A DNA stretch of 64,000 bases from Octopus sinensis (GCF_006345805.1 NC_042997.1:129518001-129582000), one strand, 5' to 3'. Shown: positions 24,230 through 39,559, numbered from the stretch's first letter. A program made the numbers and translations. Notes: a model not told the origin generated them from the letters alone.

Positions 24230-25779
24230 AGATAAAACTTTGCCAGCTCATCATTCTAGAAGCAGCAAAAAATTGGTCACACTGGTACAAAGCCACATTC
24301 ATAGTAACATGAAATAACCAAAGAAGAACATTCAGGGATGACAACGGGTTTTCTGAGATAGAGATGGACACAAAAGACCCCCACCCATTTGTCTGAAAAC
24401 AAAACAACCTCGATCTCAGATACAAACCAGAAGTGACTCACTTCCGACAAGTTGTGAAAACTAATACTAAATAGTAATATGATAAGACTTATCATTGGAG
24501 ATAACACAAACAACTAAGAGAATAGTGGAAAAAAACAATGGGATATGCTTTCTTGGTCGGCCTGACTTGGACTAGATAGATTGGAGGAACACACCAGTGA
24601 TAGAGACATGAGGAAGAAGGCGGCTCAATAAGGAAATTGGAGAAACGAACATACTAAGCTTCTAGAACCGCAGTTTTGCCAAGATGGGGTGGGTTTTCTC
24701 AAGCCAATTACCTTGATTGTTTGTCATCATCTCAGTGAGATTCAAAGTTCTGTAATCAGCCTTCGCTACTTCATTCCCAATACACACATAAAGGGAGAGA
24801 GAGCTATAATGACCAAACAAAGTCTATTTTCACTGGGGTTTTGTCTGCTGCCAGAGAGGTGAAAATGAAAGCTGTGTTATCACCAAAAATCACTGACTGA
24901 TGCGCTGCCTATTAAATAGCCACACTTCAATAAAAGCAGTAGTAATCGGGAACAGGTGTGAAATTATTAACTATGTAACATCCTAATAGTGAAGGAATAT
25001 CTGAGACACTGAAATTCATATGAGCATAGATGAAGATAAGTTTTGCAAGAGCATATTATGTGGATGAATAATTATATTTTCTTAAAAAAATAACTGAACA
25101 CTAATATTCCTTTTTCAGTACACACACAAACATTGCTAGTCACACCAACCAATATAACAGATCACTACCTTCCACTCCCAGCACTAGCTTATGATTTCAC
25201 CACAACTGCTATCCATAACTATCATCATGCATATATCTCATCTCCATAGCTAGCATGCTTGCAGCTTTGATTTTGCCCTTATCTCTTTAGCAAGGCTGTC
25301 AAAGTCAGAAGCAATTATTGGTTTGCTAGTCCAATGTAAGATAGTAAGAAAGACACTTAAGTTGACTTTTGAATTCCTTTAGAAATATAGGATTTTAAAA
25401 TTTCTATCTCAAGGGTTTTATTTTCCATATTATCTCTTTCCATCTAAGTGTTATGCTTAAATGTTTGCTAGTTGTTCAAGAAATACTGTAGTTTTACTTT
25501 CAAGGTCAATTTCAAACTAATTTAGCAATAATTTCATGAAGGTACAGTATAAATTTTAATTAGGTATCATACATCACTATAAAGTTTACAGAATAATTGA
25601 AAGAGCTAGCTAGATGTTTATATGCAATGCGTCTTTCCAGCCTCCTATTCCATCTCACCCGCTTACACAATTTCCTTTAATGATCTACTTGATTTCCTCC
25701 CCATCAACAAGCTGTCATACATATATGTAGGGGTGTATTATGTGTACATAAACATGCACAGTGGTTTTTTAAAGATATC

Positions 25780-28080
25780 TTAGTGCCTAAATGAACTAGT
25801 GGTACAATGAAAGGTAGGTCTGGAGAGATTGGAGAAATACTAGAGTGGCGGTGCAGAACATGTACAGTGTGTAAAAAGTTGGAGGGAAACCTAAGCCAAA
25901 TTCCTCATGGGCAAGGAACAAAGGTATAAATTCTTTTGGGTAGGTAGTAGTGAGGATGTGGGTTGGGAAGGCATACTATTGGCAGAGAGATGTATGATAG
26001 GAAAGTGAAATTCAACTAGTCTTGGTTAATGTGACTGTGACATTTATTTTGCACATGTTTCACAATCTGGACAGACATATGAACAGAACTGTTTCTGTGA
26101 GGTTCTGATGCTTGTTACCTTGATGACAAATAATGATGGTAACATGGATGGTAACTTCAACAGACATGTTTAACATGATATACATAGAAGTTTTAGCTTT
26201 GGCTCAAGGAACAAAGTGGGGAAAAAAAGTTACTAAAGTTCTGTGGCTCTAATGACTTGATAATCTGCAACACTAACTTTAGGAAATCAGCCAGCCAGGT
26301 AGACTTCATCCTCTCTAGGAAATGAGATGATGAGATGGTTGTGAGGTTGAAGTCTTTCCGTGTTGAAAAAAATACAATCTAACATCAATTTGTGGTTAGT
26401 GAGTTTAGATTTAGAGGTAAGGACTCAGAAGCAGAAATCAATTTAGAATTGGCAGATATAGAAGCTCAAAGATTTAGTATGAAATCAGAAATTTAGTAGT
26501 AGTTGATAGAGAGTAAGGAGACAGAAACTTACAGCATAGAGGACAACTGGAAGTTCTTATGGGACAACCAGCTGAGGGCCACATACCAATTTGTGATTAG
26601 TGCAAGGTCCCAGCCAGATCTTGAAAGTGACGTGGTGGTGGAACAGTGAGGTAGACAGAGCTATAACAACAAAGACTGAAAGAATTGGGACAGTACAGAA
26701 TAATAGCAGGTAGCTAGAAGGTTTACATAGCAAAGAGAAAAGAGGAACATCAGAGGTTTGTCAATGTTCTATGACATGAAGATCAGAGGCATTATGTATT
26801 TCACATTGCAAGGCAGTGTACCAGAGAAAACCATGAGGATGAGAAGTGCGTATGAATGGATAATAGTACACTTACTCTTATTGTTTCTGACAATAAAGGG
26901 GCATAAAAGTACAACTAAGAAAGATTATTAAATGTAGAGAATGCATGGAAGAAAGAAGGCCTTCACTGCATAGATCCAACAAAGGAATAGGCCAGTCTAG
27001 ACAACAGTATGATAAAGCAAATAAAGATATGAAAGCAGAAAAAGCTGCTAATCTATCAGCGCTGAGATGCTTAAAATATCTGGAGGAGTCGAAAATAGTC
27101 ATCTGCACAGTCAGGTTGTACAAGGTGTCATACCTAATGAATAATGCAGGAGAATCATAGTCAACTGTTACAATGGCAAAGAGGTTGCTTTAAAGGAGTA
27201 ATTACAGGGATATTGAATTGTTGGACTAGGTCACGAAAATTAATGAAAAGTTAGAACTGAACTGATTTAAGAGAGCGTTAGCATAGATGAGATGCAGTTT
27301 GGGTTAGTTCTAGTACTATTGATGCCTTTTTTTTCTAGTGAGTCAACTGAAGGAAAAGTACTTTATTTGATGGCATATAAGTCACACTTAGTCCTACATG
27401 TGAAGTTGCACATGATGTGCACTAAAACCTTTCTTTCCCAAATATGTGCTGCTGGGAGTGTGTTTTGTATGCCACCAAATACAATATTTAGCTAAGAGTA
27501 AGACTAGAAGTAGTATTTGTGAATAGAATCACTCATTCAGTGATCTGGTGGGCATTGAGGAAGCTGGGAGAAGATGAATGACTTGTAAGGACCATGCAAA
27601 TCACAGATACATAAGAAATGCAGTGCAATCAAGGACAGGCTAACAGAGAAAGCAGATTTTGTATGTGGTAGATGTGCAAGAACAAGAAACACTATGAGTG
27701 CATGGAAATATATGCTCTCAATTGCCCAAGAAAGTCCCTAATGGTAGTAGAATTTTTGTTACATAGGTGGCATAATTAGTGGCAGTAGAGGATGTTCTGA
27801 AAATATGGCAGCTAGAGTAAGAACAGGCTGGAGAAAGTCCAAGGAGCTACAACCTTTGTTGGTAACAAAAGCTTTCTCTCAGTGTGAAAAGCAAACTGTA
27901 TGAGGTCTCTGTACTGACTGAAATGCTACATAGTAATGAGACAGGGACCCTGGATGCAGAGGACTTGCAAAGACTAGATGGAGATGAAGCAAGCATGCTC
28001 CATTAGATGTGCAAGACTGTTGGTTGGATAGCTGCTTAAAGAAGTGCTAATTACTTTTAGAAGATGGAATCTGTGAAAGG
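25780..28080 (+). mobile_element. Old, heavily decayed RTE LINE (APE through RT)
   Basis: Collinear degenerate match to the RTE at 33-37 kb (e.g. KAEKAANLSALRC, gagtaagaacaggctggagaaagtccaaggagctac). Confidence 0.6.
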
Positions 28081-30668
28081 AGATTCAAGTCTATAACTGC
28101 TTAGACTCTTGCAACCATTAACCCTACTCATCATCTCCCTATCATTCAATCCCTCCATCACTCTCCTGTCTACTGTAAGTAATGAAATTAGAATATACAA
28201 ACCATTTCATATTGCCATTTCTGCACCACCACTAACCACTCATTCTCCTCTGAGTTACTCTCAAATAACAGTCATCCAACATTCTTATTGACACCACTCA
28301 GATTTACCATTAATCACCCTCATCATCGTTCAGCGTCCGCTTTCCATGCTAGCATGGGTTGGACGGTTCAACTGGGGTCTGGGAAGCCAGAAGGCTGTAC
28401 CAGGCCCAGTCTGATCTGGCAATGTTTCTACGGCTGGATGACCTTCCTAACGCCAATCACAATTCACTAAATTCACTTCCCATATATATCCCATATATAT
28501 CTGACCACCTCCACCACATAATATCCATCTGTCACTCCCTCCTCACACTCCTGTAACTTTACCCACTCTTACTGATTTTCCTGTCTTCTGTTTACCTTCT
28601 TGGACAGGTTATCTTGAGGTTATGTCCTGGTACCTCTCTCCATTACATTTACTTCTATTTACTCCAACCAACCATATAACAAACCTATTTCTACTCCTCC
28701 CATGATACATTAACTTCTCAAACACATTGTATAAAATGACCATTCTATCTCTTTTACTCTCTTCCAGGCAAGGGGGCTCTTTAGTTTTGCAAGTTACAAG
28801 GCAACCCACTAGTGTTATCTTGCTAGTGCTGTTGCTACAATAAAATCCACCCAGTATACTCAGTAAAGTGTTTGGTAAATATCCTTGCTAAAGGACATGA
28901 CAACCTCCCAAGCACTGGAATCATAAAAACGTATCCAGTACACTCTGCAAAAAAGCATCCAGCCATAGAAACTAAGCCAAAAATGAAATGTATGCAGGGG
29001 ACATGGACATCAGGCCTATCTACAAAGGTAGTAACTTTGAATAAGGGCTTACTAAAACCATGATGACCCACCCTACCCATGCCAGCAAGAAGAGCAGGTG
29101 TAAAAGATGACATATTGACATAAAGGAATTATTTCCCTGCCATCATCATCATCATTGTTGTTGTCATCATCTAATGTCCTTTTTTTCCATGCTGGCATTG
29201 AGTGGATAAAGAGTGACAGATGGATATCATGGGGTAGAAGTGATCAGGTGTATATGAGAAGTGAATGTAGTGAATTGTGATTAGGGATGGGGATGATTAA
29301 TAGTAAATTTGAGTGGGAAGGTCAATAAGAATGATGGGAGTGTTATTTGAGAGTAGCTCAGAGAAGAGTAAGAGGTGATTGGTGACACAAAAATTGCAAT
29401 ACACACACACAGAATAAATATAGATCCTTCATCCACTTCAGCTTGAATGTATTTACATGGGTGGAATAATATCAAGTAAAACATGACCATATCAAGAATG
29501 GCTATTTTCTATCAATCCAATTGAAGCTTTGAATAAAGGGTGCGTGTATGTGTGCGTGCGTGTATGGACGAAGTGGAGATATATATATATATACAAAGAG
29601 CTAAAAGTTAGGTTTACAAGAGAGGAAATAGTTGAAATGTCTGAGGACATGAAATAGATGATTACAAATATGAGAACTGGGGTGGTAATTGTTTGGCTAC
29701 ACTTTTTAAGATAGTCTATGCTTTTCTTTTTCTTTGCATCTATATAAGTTCAGAATAAGTTTGAGAAAACCAGGAGAAATTGGAGACGTTGAAGAATGTG
29801 GAACAGAAAAAGCTTTGTTGATGACCAGGTGATCACAATTCAGGTGTGGCTGGAAGGAGATAACAAGTGTTTTCAATCAACTAAGGACAGAAAGTGTTTA
29901 ATTTTCATATTTAAATCGATAGTTCTGAGGATTTAAAGATGATATGTAGAATACAGCAATGGCAAAGTTGTCAAGAGGAGGAATTAATAGTCAAGAAGGG
30001 AAAATCTATGAAGTTTACAACAATAAATGGTAGAACCAATATTTGTGATACTTAAAATGAGAGATCACTGAAATGAAAGGAAATAGTAAATAATATGTAG
30101 TGTTTCAGAAGAAGAATTAAAGTGTTTTTTAATTTGCTCCAGTCCACTCAGCTGGCAAAAATGAGTAATGCTGCAATGGACTGGCGTCCTGTCCAGCTGA
30201 GAAACACATACGCCATAGAAACCGGGCCCATGAGCCTGGCTAGGCTTTAAAAGGGCGCAATTATTTATTTTATTTATGCCTGAGTTTATTTAGAACACCA
30301 CAGAGTGGACAAGTATAAACAACCTCATCTCATAGTTGCTCAGAAACTCAGTGTATATAAGTAGTTTGTGAGAAGCATGCAAAGCATGTACAGAAATGTT
30401 GACAGCAAAGTGACGGTTAGAAATGAGTTTAGTAAGTATAATGTACAAGCAAATGTCCATAAAAGCTTTATTCTTAGTCAACTCCTGTTTATTATACTTT
30501 TGCTGGCTAAAACAGAAGAACTCAGCACTGCCCATGGGAATTCTTGTATGATGATGACCTAATTCTCAAAGTAAAATCAATCAATGGATAGAGGCAAAGT
30601 TCCAAACATGAAAGTAGAGTCTAGGAATGATGAGGTGTAAAAATAAATCCAGTAGAGACAAAAGGTTT

Positions 30669-30671
<3 letters not shown>

Positions 30672-30739
<68 letters not shown>
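30672..30739. repeat. (GA)n microsatellite
   Basis: Directly visible. Confidence 0.95.
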
Positions 30740-31364
30740 AAGAGAATTCTATTACCAACTGGAAAGTGGTCATACCTTATACGCATAAAAGATATAGGCA
30801 GGTATTCTATATGTGCTTATTGTTGTGCACAAGAGTAGTTAGCAATAAGAGCACTAGAGAAGTACTTGACAGCTTCTAGAAGACCTTATCAGTAATGGCA
30901 GTGGATGTTGGGGAAAAAAAACAGTGTACATTTTGTAACAAACGAATTGTCTTTCTAGGTGGAAGTCAGTGTATATTTGTAAATGAAGTGTGATATTGTA
31001 CGGAAATGAAACACAGGCAGAAAATATGTGAAAGCTGGAAAAATACAAGCTGAGCATGTTCCAAAAGATGCACAAGTGAACTGTGAGAGAAACGGGGTAT
31101 AAGTATTATCTCTTATGAGCAAGAGAGAAGACTAAGTAGTACAGGCATGCAAAAGATATGAAGGATAAGCAAAGAAGTGCTCAACAACCTTAACAGAAGA
31201 AACCTGTGGAAGATGAAGATATGGGAAGAATTGATGAAAGCTAAGCTTCACAATAAACAAAGAAGTGCAAATAATTAGTGAGACACTGTACTGGAGAAGA
31301 CTTGCTCAACCCATGCAAGCATGGAAAAACAGAAGTAAACTGAGGATGAACAGAATGAGATGTA

Positions 31365-31990
31365 ATCATCATCATCGTTTAATGTCCATTTTCCATGCTG
31401 GCATGGGTTGAATGGTTTAAATGAGGTCTGGAGAGCTAGCAGCTGCACCAGGCTCCAATCTGATCTGGCAATGTTTCTACAGCTGGATGCCCTTCCTAAT
31501 GCTAACTACCCCGAGAGTGTAGTGAGTGCTTTTTACGTGTCACCGGCACAGGAGCCAGCCAGGTGGGCTTGGCCTCGATTATGTTTGGATAGTACTTTTT
31601 ACATATTACTGGCATGGTAGCCAGTCAGGGGGTACTGGCATTGGCCACGTTCGGATGGTGTCTTTTATGTGCCAGTCAGGCAGTCCTGGCATTGATCATG
31701 TTCAGATAGTGTTTTTTATGTGCCACCAGCATGGAGGCCAGTCAGACGGTGCTGGCATTGATCACGCTCGGATAGTGCTTTTTACATGCTACTGGCACGA
31801 GAGCCAGTCAGAGGGCAATGGCCACAGCTACAATTTGGTTTTACTTGACTCAACAGGTCTTCTCAAGTAAATCATATTGCCCAGTGCATTGGGGGAGGGA
31901 TATCTTAAATGGGCTGGACATGCAACATCGGCATCGGCCATGGCTGCGATCTCACTTTAGTTACCATGTCTTCTCAATCACATCTTATCC
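31365..31990 (-). mobile_element. RTE 3' UTR/tail with internal repeats
   Basis: (CAT)n tail, ctggatgcccttcctaat segment, repeated ggatagtgcttttt units. Confidence 0.8.
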
Positions 31991-33395
31991 CCAAAGGTCT
32001 GGTAATGTTTTTATTAATTAGGAAGTGCATGTTGAAGTGGTCAGACAGTTAAGACAGAAGGATATAGTAGGAATGGGGGATGGTGGGAGAGAAAGGATAT
32101 AAGAAATCCTGAACAAAGTGTTGTACTTTTATCAAATTTACTTAGTTATAAAGGTAGAGAAAAAAAAAGAGTTAATGGTGGTATGCCAATTTGGAAAATA
32201 GCCAGGTGGTTTAGTAGTTCACAGCAGTGAGCTTGACTTCTATACAAGAGCAACTAATGCAAACAGTGGAATTGATGGAATAGTTTTTTAAAACTGTTTT
32301 TACAATCAATTTCCTCTATGACAGAAATAATTAATTTTTTCTACAAACATATTTACATGGATTAAGAACTGTTTTACAATGATAAGCACTCACCCTCGAT
32401 TTAATTACAGCATTAAATATATTTTCCACTGACAAAGCTAATTAGTGTCCTAGTTGTGTCTCACTATATTACCGAAGTCAGCAAGAGCACAATCCATCCT
32501 TCTCAAACTAAAACAAATACTAATGATATATCTGAGATCATAAAACCAAATCTGTAGCAGCTGTGAACATGTGTAACCTAGGAACTGTTACACATTGTAT
32601 TGAATTTTGTTTACTATCATAACTACAGTTTTAAACTGGTAAACTTAAAAAGAAATGATGAATGAATAAATCAAGAGGCAGGGATCACTAAGATTTAGCA
32701 GGAAAAGAGCTGCAATAATGGCTGGAAATAATGTATTTTGAAATATTTACTCCAAACATCTCAAGTTATTCACAACACCCCATCTAGTATCTGGATATAA
32801 TGACCACACATATGTTCTATTACTTTTAATGTTTACTTGTTTAACCAGTGTTAAAGATGTAAACATTATAAGTATGGCTGTGTGGGAAAGAGGTTTGTGA
32901 AAAAAAAATGATTTTAAAGTGTTACATTTGATGAAAGAGATGACTTAAGACTCTGATGACAGATAATCTATGATGCTGCAGAAGACTGACCCCTATGTGC
33001 ATACACCCCTCTGTTACTTATTGCATTTTTTGTAGATGTTTTCCTACTAAACTATTGCCCATATTTTATCATCATATCCCACTAATATCTAACTGCTCTG
33101 CCAGTTCTATACACTCTCCTCTCTACCCACTGTGTTATGACACCTATAACTGAGAAAAAAGTACTTGATTTGTGTGTACTGTATCATGAGAGTTGAGTGG
33201 AAAGGAATCGCACCAGGGCAACATTTTCCTGCCCTCTCTGACTCCGCTATCACCATGAACTGTTGGGCATGTGTTACTTCAAGAATATATCCTGGCCTTT
33301 TATCATACAGGGTGATACTGCTTCTTTTCTACCATCTCATTCTTAATCCTCACCACTTTAATTTCTTACTAATTCTCTGACACTACCATTCCCAT

Positions 33396-33430
<35 letters not shown>

Positions 33431-33433
<3 letters not shown>

Positions 33434-36400
33434 TCATCATCATCGTTTAACATCCGTTTTCCATGCTAGCATGGGTTGGAAGATTTGACTGAGGACTGGC
33501 GAACCAGATGGCTTCACCAGGCTCCAATTTTGATCTGGCAGAGTTTCTACAGGTGGATGCCCTTCCTAATGCCAACCACTCTGAGAGTGTAGTGGGTGCT
33601 TTTACGTGCCAGTCTGGCCGTACTGGCAACGACCTCACTCGAATGTTTTTTCACGTGGCACTAGCACAAGTGCCAGTAAGGCAATACTGGTGACAAACGT
33701 GCTCGAATGGTGTCGTTTACGTGCTACCGACATGGCAGCCAGCTAGCCGCTCTGGCAACGATCATGCTCGGATGGTGCTCTTAGTACCCCACTAGCATGG
33801 AGCACAAGTGCCAGTAAGGAGATGCTGGTAATGATCACGCTTGAATGGTGCCTTTTACGTGCAACCGGCACAGAAGCCAGTTAGCTGCTCTGTCAACGAT
33901 CGTGCTCGGATGGTGCTCTAAGTGCCCAACTAGCATGGATGTCAGTCATTGAATTTGATTTCGATTACACTTGCCTCAATAGGTCTTCGCAAGCAGAGTT
34001 TAGTGTCCAATGAAGGAACGGTACGCATAAGTGGGCTGGTTATGCCCCTGGCATAGGCCACGAGGTTATGGTCTCATTTGGCTTGCTGGGTCTTCTCAAG
34101 TACAGCAGATTTCCAAAAGTCTCAGTCACTAGTCATTGCCTCAGTGAGGCTTAAAGTTCGAAGGTCGTGCTTCACCACTTCATCCTAGGCCTTCCTGGGT
34201 CTACCTTTTCCACAGGTTCCCTCAACTGCTAAGGTGTAGCACTTTTTCACACAGCTATCATCATCCATTCTCATCACATGACCATACCAGTGCAGTTGTC
34301 TCTCTTGCACACCACACCTGATGCTTCTTAGGTCCAACTTTTCTCTCAAGGTACTTACACTCTGTTGAGTAAGTACACTGACACTACACATCCATCGGAT
34401 CATACCGGCTTCATTTCTTGTGTGCTTACGCATGTCCTCAGCAGTCACGGTCCATGTTTCAATGTCATGTAGCATGGCTATTCATACACAAGCATCATAC
34501 ATTCTACCTTTTATTCTGAGCGAGAGGCCCTTTGTCACCAGCAGAGGTAAGCGCTCTCTGAACTTTGCCCAGGCTATTCTTATTCTAGCAGCTACACTCT
34601 CAGCGCACCCTCCCTTGCTACTGACTAGGTCACCTAGGTAACAGAAGTTGTCAACTACTTCTAGTTTTTCTCTCTGGATTGTGGTAGAAGTTGTTCTCTG
34701 CACATTTTCAGTGTTTATTGCTCCTGAGCATCTGCCACATACAAAAACTATCTTCCCAGTTAGCCTTCCTTTGATATTCCTCTTATGTGTCCATAGCTTA
34801 CACTGGATACATCTTATAGAGTTTCTACCTGCCCCTCTACTACAGATCGAGCAGGGCCATCTACCTGAAGGGATTTGTGGTTTGTCTGCCTTCTTACTTA
34901 CGAGGACTTTGGTTTTAGATAGGTTGACTCTAAGGCCCTTTGATTCTAATCCTTGTTTCCACACCCGAAACTTCTCCTCTAGTTCTAATAGTAACTCAGT
35001 AATAACAGGCAGGTCATCAGCATAGAGGAGCTCCCAGGGGCATCCTGTCTTGAATTCCTCTGTTATTGCCTGGAGGACTATGATAAATAGGAGGGGGCTG
35101 AGGACTGAGCCTTGGTGGACCCCAACCTCTACCCGGAATTCTTCACTGTACTCGTTGCCAACCCTCACCTTACTAGCGGCGTCCCTGTACATGGCTCGCA
35201 CAGCTCTCACTAACCATTCATCTATCCCTAGTTTCCTCATTGACCACCAGATAAGGGATCGGGGGGACCCTGTCAAAGGCTTTCTCCATGTCAACAAAAG
35301 CCAGGTACAGAGGTTTATCTTTCGCTAAGTATTTTTCCTGCAGCTGCCTTACCAGAAATATAGCATCAGTGGTGCTTTTCCCTGGTACGAACCTAAACTG
35401 CTTCTCATCTAAACTGACTGTCTCCCTAATTAGTTGGGCTATGACCCTCTCTGTGACCTTTATTACCTGATCCAACAACTTGATACCTCTGTAATCATTT
35501 GTATTTAAAGCGTCACCTTTACTTTTGTAGCAGTTGACTATTATGCTGCTACACTAGTCATTGGGTATGACTCCTTCGAGTATCACCTGGTTAACTATAT
35601 GGGTGACTAGGCTATAGCTGACACTGCTTGATATTTTGTGCATCTCTGCAGTGATTCCTGATGGTCCAGGGGCTTTCCCTGTCTTCATACTCTTAATTGC
35701 TTTATTTAACAAGGTACTCTCAACTCGGATAGCTGGTCCCTCTGCTGGGTTGACATTCAGCAGACTCTCTTTCTCCCATTTATTTTCTTTATTCAGCAAC
35801 CTTTCATAGTGGCGTCTCCAAACTTCTCTCTTTGCAGCCTTGTTTAATGCAAGAGAACCATCATCCTTGCGGACACATTTCTCTCCTACAACATCACGAT
35901 TCTCTCTCACACACTGTCTTGCAACACGAAATACCTCAAGTCTTTGGCCCTCACGGCGCAGAACATTGGCAAATTTTTTCTTATCTGCTTCCCTTCTGGC
36001 TAAATAAACCTGCTTCCTAGCTTCTCTTCTGGCAGTCTGATACAATTTCCAGTCACCACCGTTCTTCCAGTCCTTCCAAGCCTGCTTCTTTTCTCTAATA
36101 GCCCTGTCAACAATACTGTTTCCCCACCACGTTATTTTGGGTCGAGAGGGGACTTTGCACGATCCACAGATCTGGTCAGTGCCCCTCAGCAGGTTGTCCC
36201 GTAGAAACCTCCAGTTGTCTTCTACATCGTGTGAAGCTATATCCCCTTCTATTCCGCCAAAGGCTTCAAGTAATATGTCTCTAAATCTCTGTCCATTTGC
36301 AGGATCTTTCAGCTTCTAGACCCTTCTCCTCCATGCTGGTCGTCTTCTGGGCATCATTTAGCACTGATCCTGAAGTCACTAACTACCAGTCTATGTTGTG

Positions 36401-37145
36401 GGGAACATTCTTCGCCTGGGAAGGTTTTGCATTTATAACCAGCCATCTTTTTGCCAGAACAGTAGGTAACTGGCAGGTTTTCTGAAGTTAGTATTGCAAA
36501 CCATAAGATCATTTGCATTGCCAAACTCTAGCAGCCTGGTTCCCTCTTCATTGTGGAAGCCAAAACCGTAGCCTCCATGTACATCATGGAAGCCTCTGGC
36601 ATGTTGTCCAACATGTCCATTGAAGTCACCAGCCACAAAGAGAAGGTCCCTGTCATTTGTCAACATGGTAGTCTGCAAGAGTGTCATAAAATCGGTCTTT
36701 CTGTACATTGGGTAGCTCTGGCTGAGGGGCATAGGCCGAGATAATGGTTGCTAACCCATTATGGAGCACTAATCTAATCTTAAGTATTATGTCGCATTCT
36801 CTGACTACCTCAATTACCTTATCTACCCATTTCTCCACAAGAAGTAAACCCACACTCCCAACCTTGTCAGTGTTCCCTGCCCAGAAAATCTTGTACCTGT
36901 GTTCTTTGCCTGTGAGGAACCTAGCAGAAGCCCCTCTTCACCTTACTTCTTGGATGCAGCACATATTGACACATCTCCATTCAAGCATCTCAACAATCTC
37001 ACCAGACCTACCTTTCTGAGTGCTGACATTTAGAGTGCCAACCCTGATGGTGTGGGAGGTATGGGCCCTTGAGACTCTGGGACAAGGGACAGTAGCATCA
37101 TGTACTTGAAAAGAGAGCTTGCATTTGGCAGAATTCATAAACAAA
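33431..37145 (-). mobile_element. Near full-length RTE LINE (APE endonuclease + RT), pseudogenised
   Basis: Minus-strand ORF pieces: IRVGTLNV (APE N-term), AGDFNGHVG, KAPGPSGITAE, FVDMEKAFDRV, GVHQGSVLSPLLF, LLYADDL; 3' UTR repeats and (GAT)n tail at 33431. Confidence 0.95.
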
Positions 37146-38038
37146 TAATAGCCTTAAGTTCAACTTGCGTACACTACACTATCATATTTTGCACTATATG
37201 ATCACTACCCTATATAGTAGGGGTGGGGATGGCGTAAAACCTTTAGAAGTGTTCATGGGAAACAACCAAAGGATGCCAAAAATTAGGGACTTCCAGTAGA
37301 GGTAGAGGGGGTGGGAAAGCGGGCGCACCGTGGACTAGAAAATATGGACTAGAGCATCTCCTGGATACGTATACTTTCGGTGGAGGTATTAAGAATCGAG
37401 TAGGGAAATCCAAGTCTGTGCGCTAGTTTACATAGGGTGGTGTTGGTGGTGGAGGAAGTAGGAAGTCTTGGCGAGACGAGTGGTGAAAGAGAGAGATATA
37501 GTGAGACAGAGAGGGAGGGGGTCAGGACATGAGGGAGAAAATATATAATTTTGGGATCTGTGTAGCATAGTTAATTTAACGAGACAGCAAATGTTGACAA
37601 TAGTAAATAGAATCTGAGAGCCAGTCTCAGACAAAATTAGAGACGAATGACTGTGATAAACTTTCATAGATGCGCGAATGAATATGTTGCAGTTAAGGAA
37701 ATGCGTGAGCTAAGGTTATCTTAGGCAACAACAAGTAAGACGAAACTATACAACTATATTTACATGAACACATGGTGCTGAAATATACAGAATAATGAAA
37801 AACTAATAAGTGGTTTATGATCCGCACAGAAATAGAAGAGTAGATGATGGGGTTGAAAAGTTAAAATATCTTATCTGAACATCTGGGATTTGTATTTTTC
37901 AGCCAAGGTATAATATATCTACACACACATATATATACACACATACAGATATATATATATACACACACATATATATATATACATCTATATACACATATAC
38001 ACACACACACACATATATATACATCTATATACACATAT

Positions 38039-38069
<31 letters not shown>

Positions 38070-38162
38070 CACACACATACATAATAATAATATTAGGGAG
38101 TATGGCTCCAAACTTACAGGGAAAAATTAGATTTAGGATCAAATTAAATTTCACAGTATAAA

Positions 38163-38214
38163 TATATAAAATATGAATTAGAGATAAATTTATCTCTAAT
38201 TCATATTTTATATA
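38163..38214. repeat. Perfect 52-bp palindrome without spacer
   Basis: tatataaaatatgaattagagataaa|tttatctctaattcatattttatata. Confidence 0.9.
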
Positions 38215-38344
38215 CATACATATATATATATATATATAGACATATACATATGCTTATACACATAGACATATATATGTAAATGTGTGTATATATATATATA
38301 TATATATACATACATACACATACATATGTGTATATATAAATATG

Positions 38345-39340
38345 TATGTATGTAATGTACCAGGTTGCTGGAAAGGCCCCCTGTAGGGTAATGCTGGATA
38401 GATTGCTTCTGCACATTGCTGTTATAGTTCTACCAGAATCACAATGTGGGTTTAGGGATAGTAGGAGTACTATGGATATGATATTTTCGGCTAGACAGTT
38501 GCAAGAGAAGTGCATCGAAAAGGATATGGACTAATACCAGACTTTCATTGACCTAACAAAAGCGTTTGATTCTATCAATAGAATTGCACTTTGGGAGATC
38601 CTAAAAAAGCTAGGATGCCCTGAAAAATTTGTGCGAATGCTTAGACAATTTCACGACAAGATGGAAGAGAGAGTTAATGTTGGAGGTACCTTATCAGATC
38701 CAATTTCTGTAGAAAATGGTGTAAAGTAAGGTGGTATTCCTGCTCCTACACTGCTATATATTTCGCAATAGTCTTTCAAATAGCTTTTAAAGATTGCCCT
38801 GAAGGGGTCTATATAAGATATAGGACAACAGGAAAACTGTTCAATCTCAAAAGAAAGTTCTGCATTCTCACCTTGTTGAGTTTCTGTATGCAGATGATTG
38901 CGACCTGTTAGCACATTCTCAAAAAGATATGCAGCACATGATGAATGCGATTTCTGCAGCACTGGGTTTAACAATCAATCTAAAAAAACTGTTATAATGT
39001 ACCAGTCCACTTCCTCCATTATGTATGTGGAACCTTTCATAACTATGAATGGTCAAAGGTTGGAGACTGTACCTAGATTTATTTATTTAGGAAGGACCTT
39101 GAGTACTGCTGGTTTTGATGATGAAATTTCATACAGAATCAGCAGGGCTAGTAGTGCTTTTGGCAGGCTTGATGGGCGTCTGTGGAAACAACATATCTTC
39201 ACAAATTAAAGTTAAGGTATATAACACATGCGTCCTCCCATTTTTGCTATATGGGAGTGAAGCATGGGTTGTTTACCATAGGCAGGTAAGGCAATTGGAA
39301 CAATTTCATCAATACTGTCTGAGAAAAAATTTGTAGAAGG
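38345..39340 (+). mobile_element. RTE-BovB-like LINE RT fragment (a different family from the main RTE)
   Basis: LPESQCGFRDSRSTMDMIFSARQLQEKCIEK, FIDLTKAFDSINR, YADDCDL-like, FIYLGRTLS...DEISYRISRASSAFGRL. Confidence 0.8.
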
Positions 39341-39559
39341 GCATGCCTCTCAGTTGGAGGTCCAAAAAGACATGTTAAAAGAGTGCATATGGTGACACCT
39401 GTTTCTCCTGCCAGCCAGCACAGTTGTCTAGTAATATGTGTAAAAGCTTGCTGGGCTTAAAAGTCACATAAGGGCATCACATGGCAACAATCATGAATCA
39501 CTTCAGTAAGTCTTCTTGGCGATGGATTTTCTTGTGTAAGGATGCAACTATGATATGTG

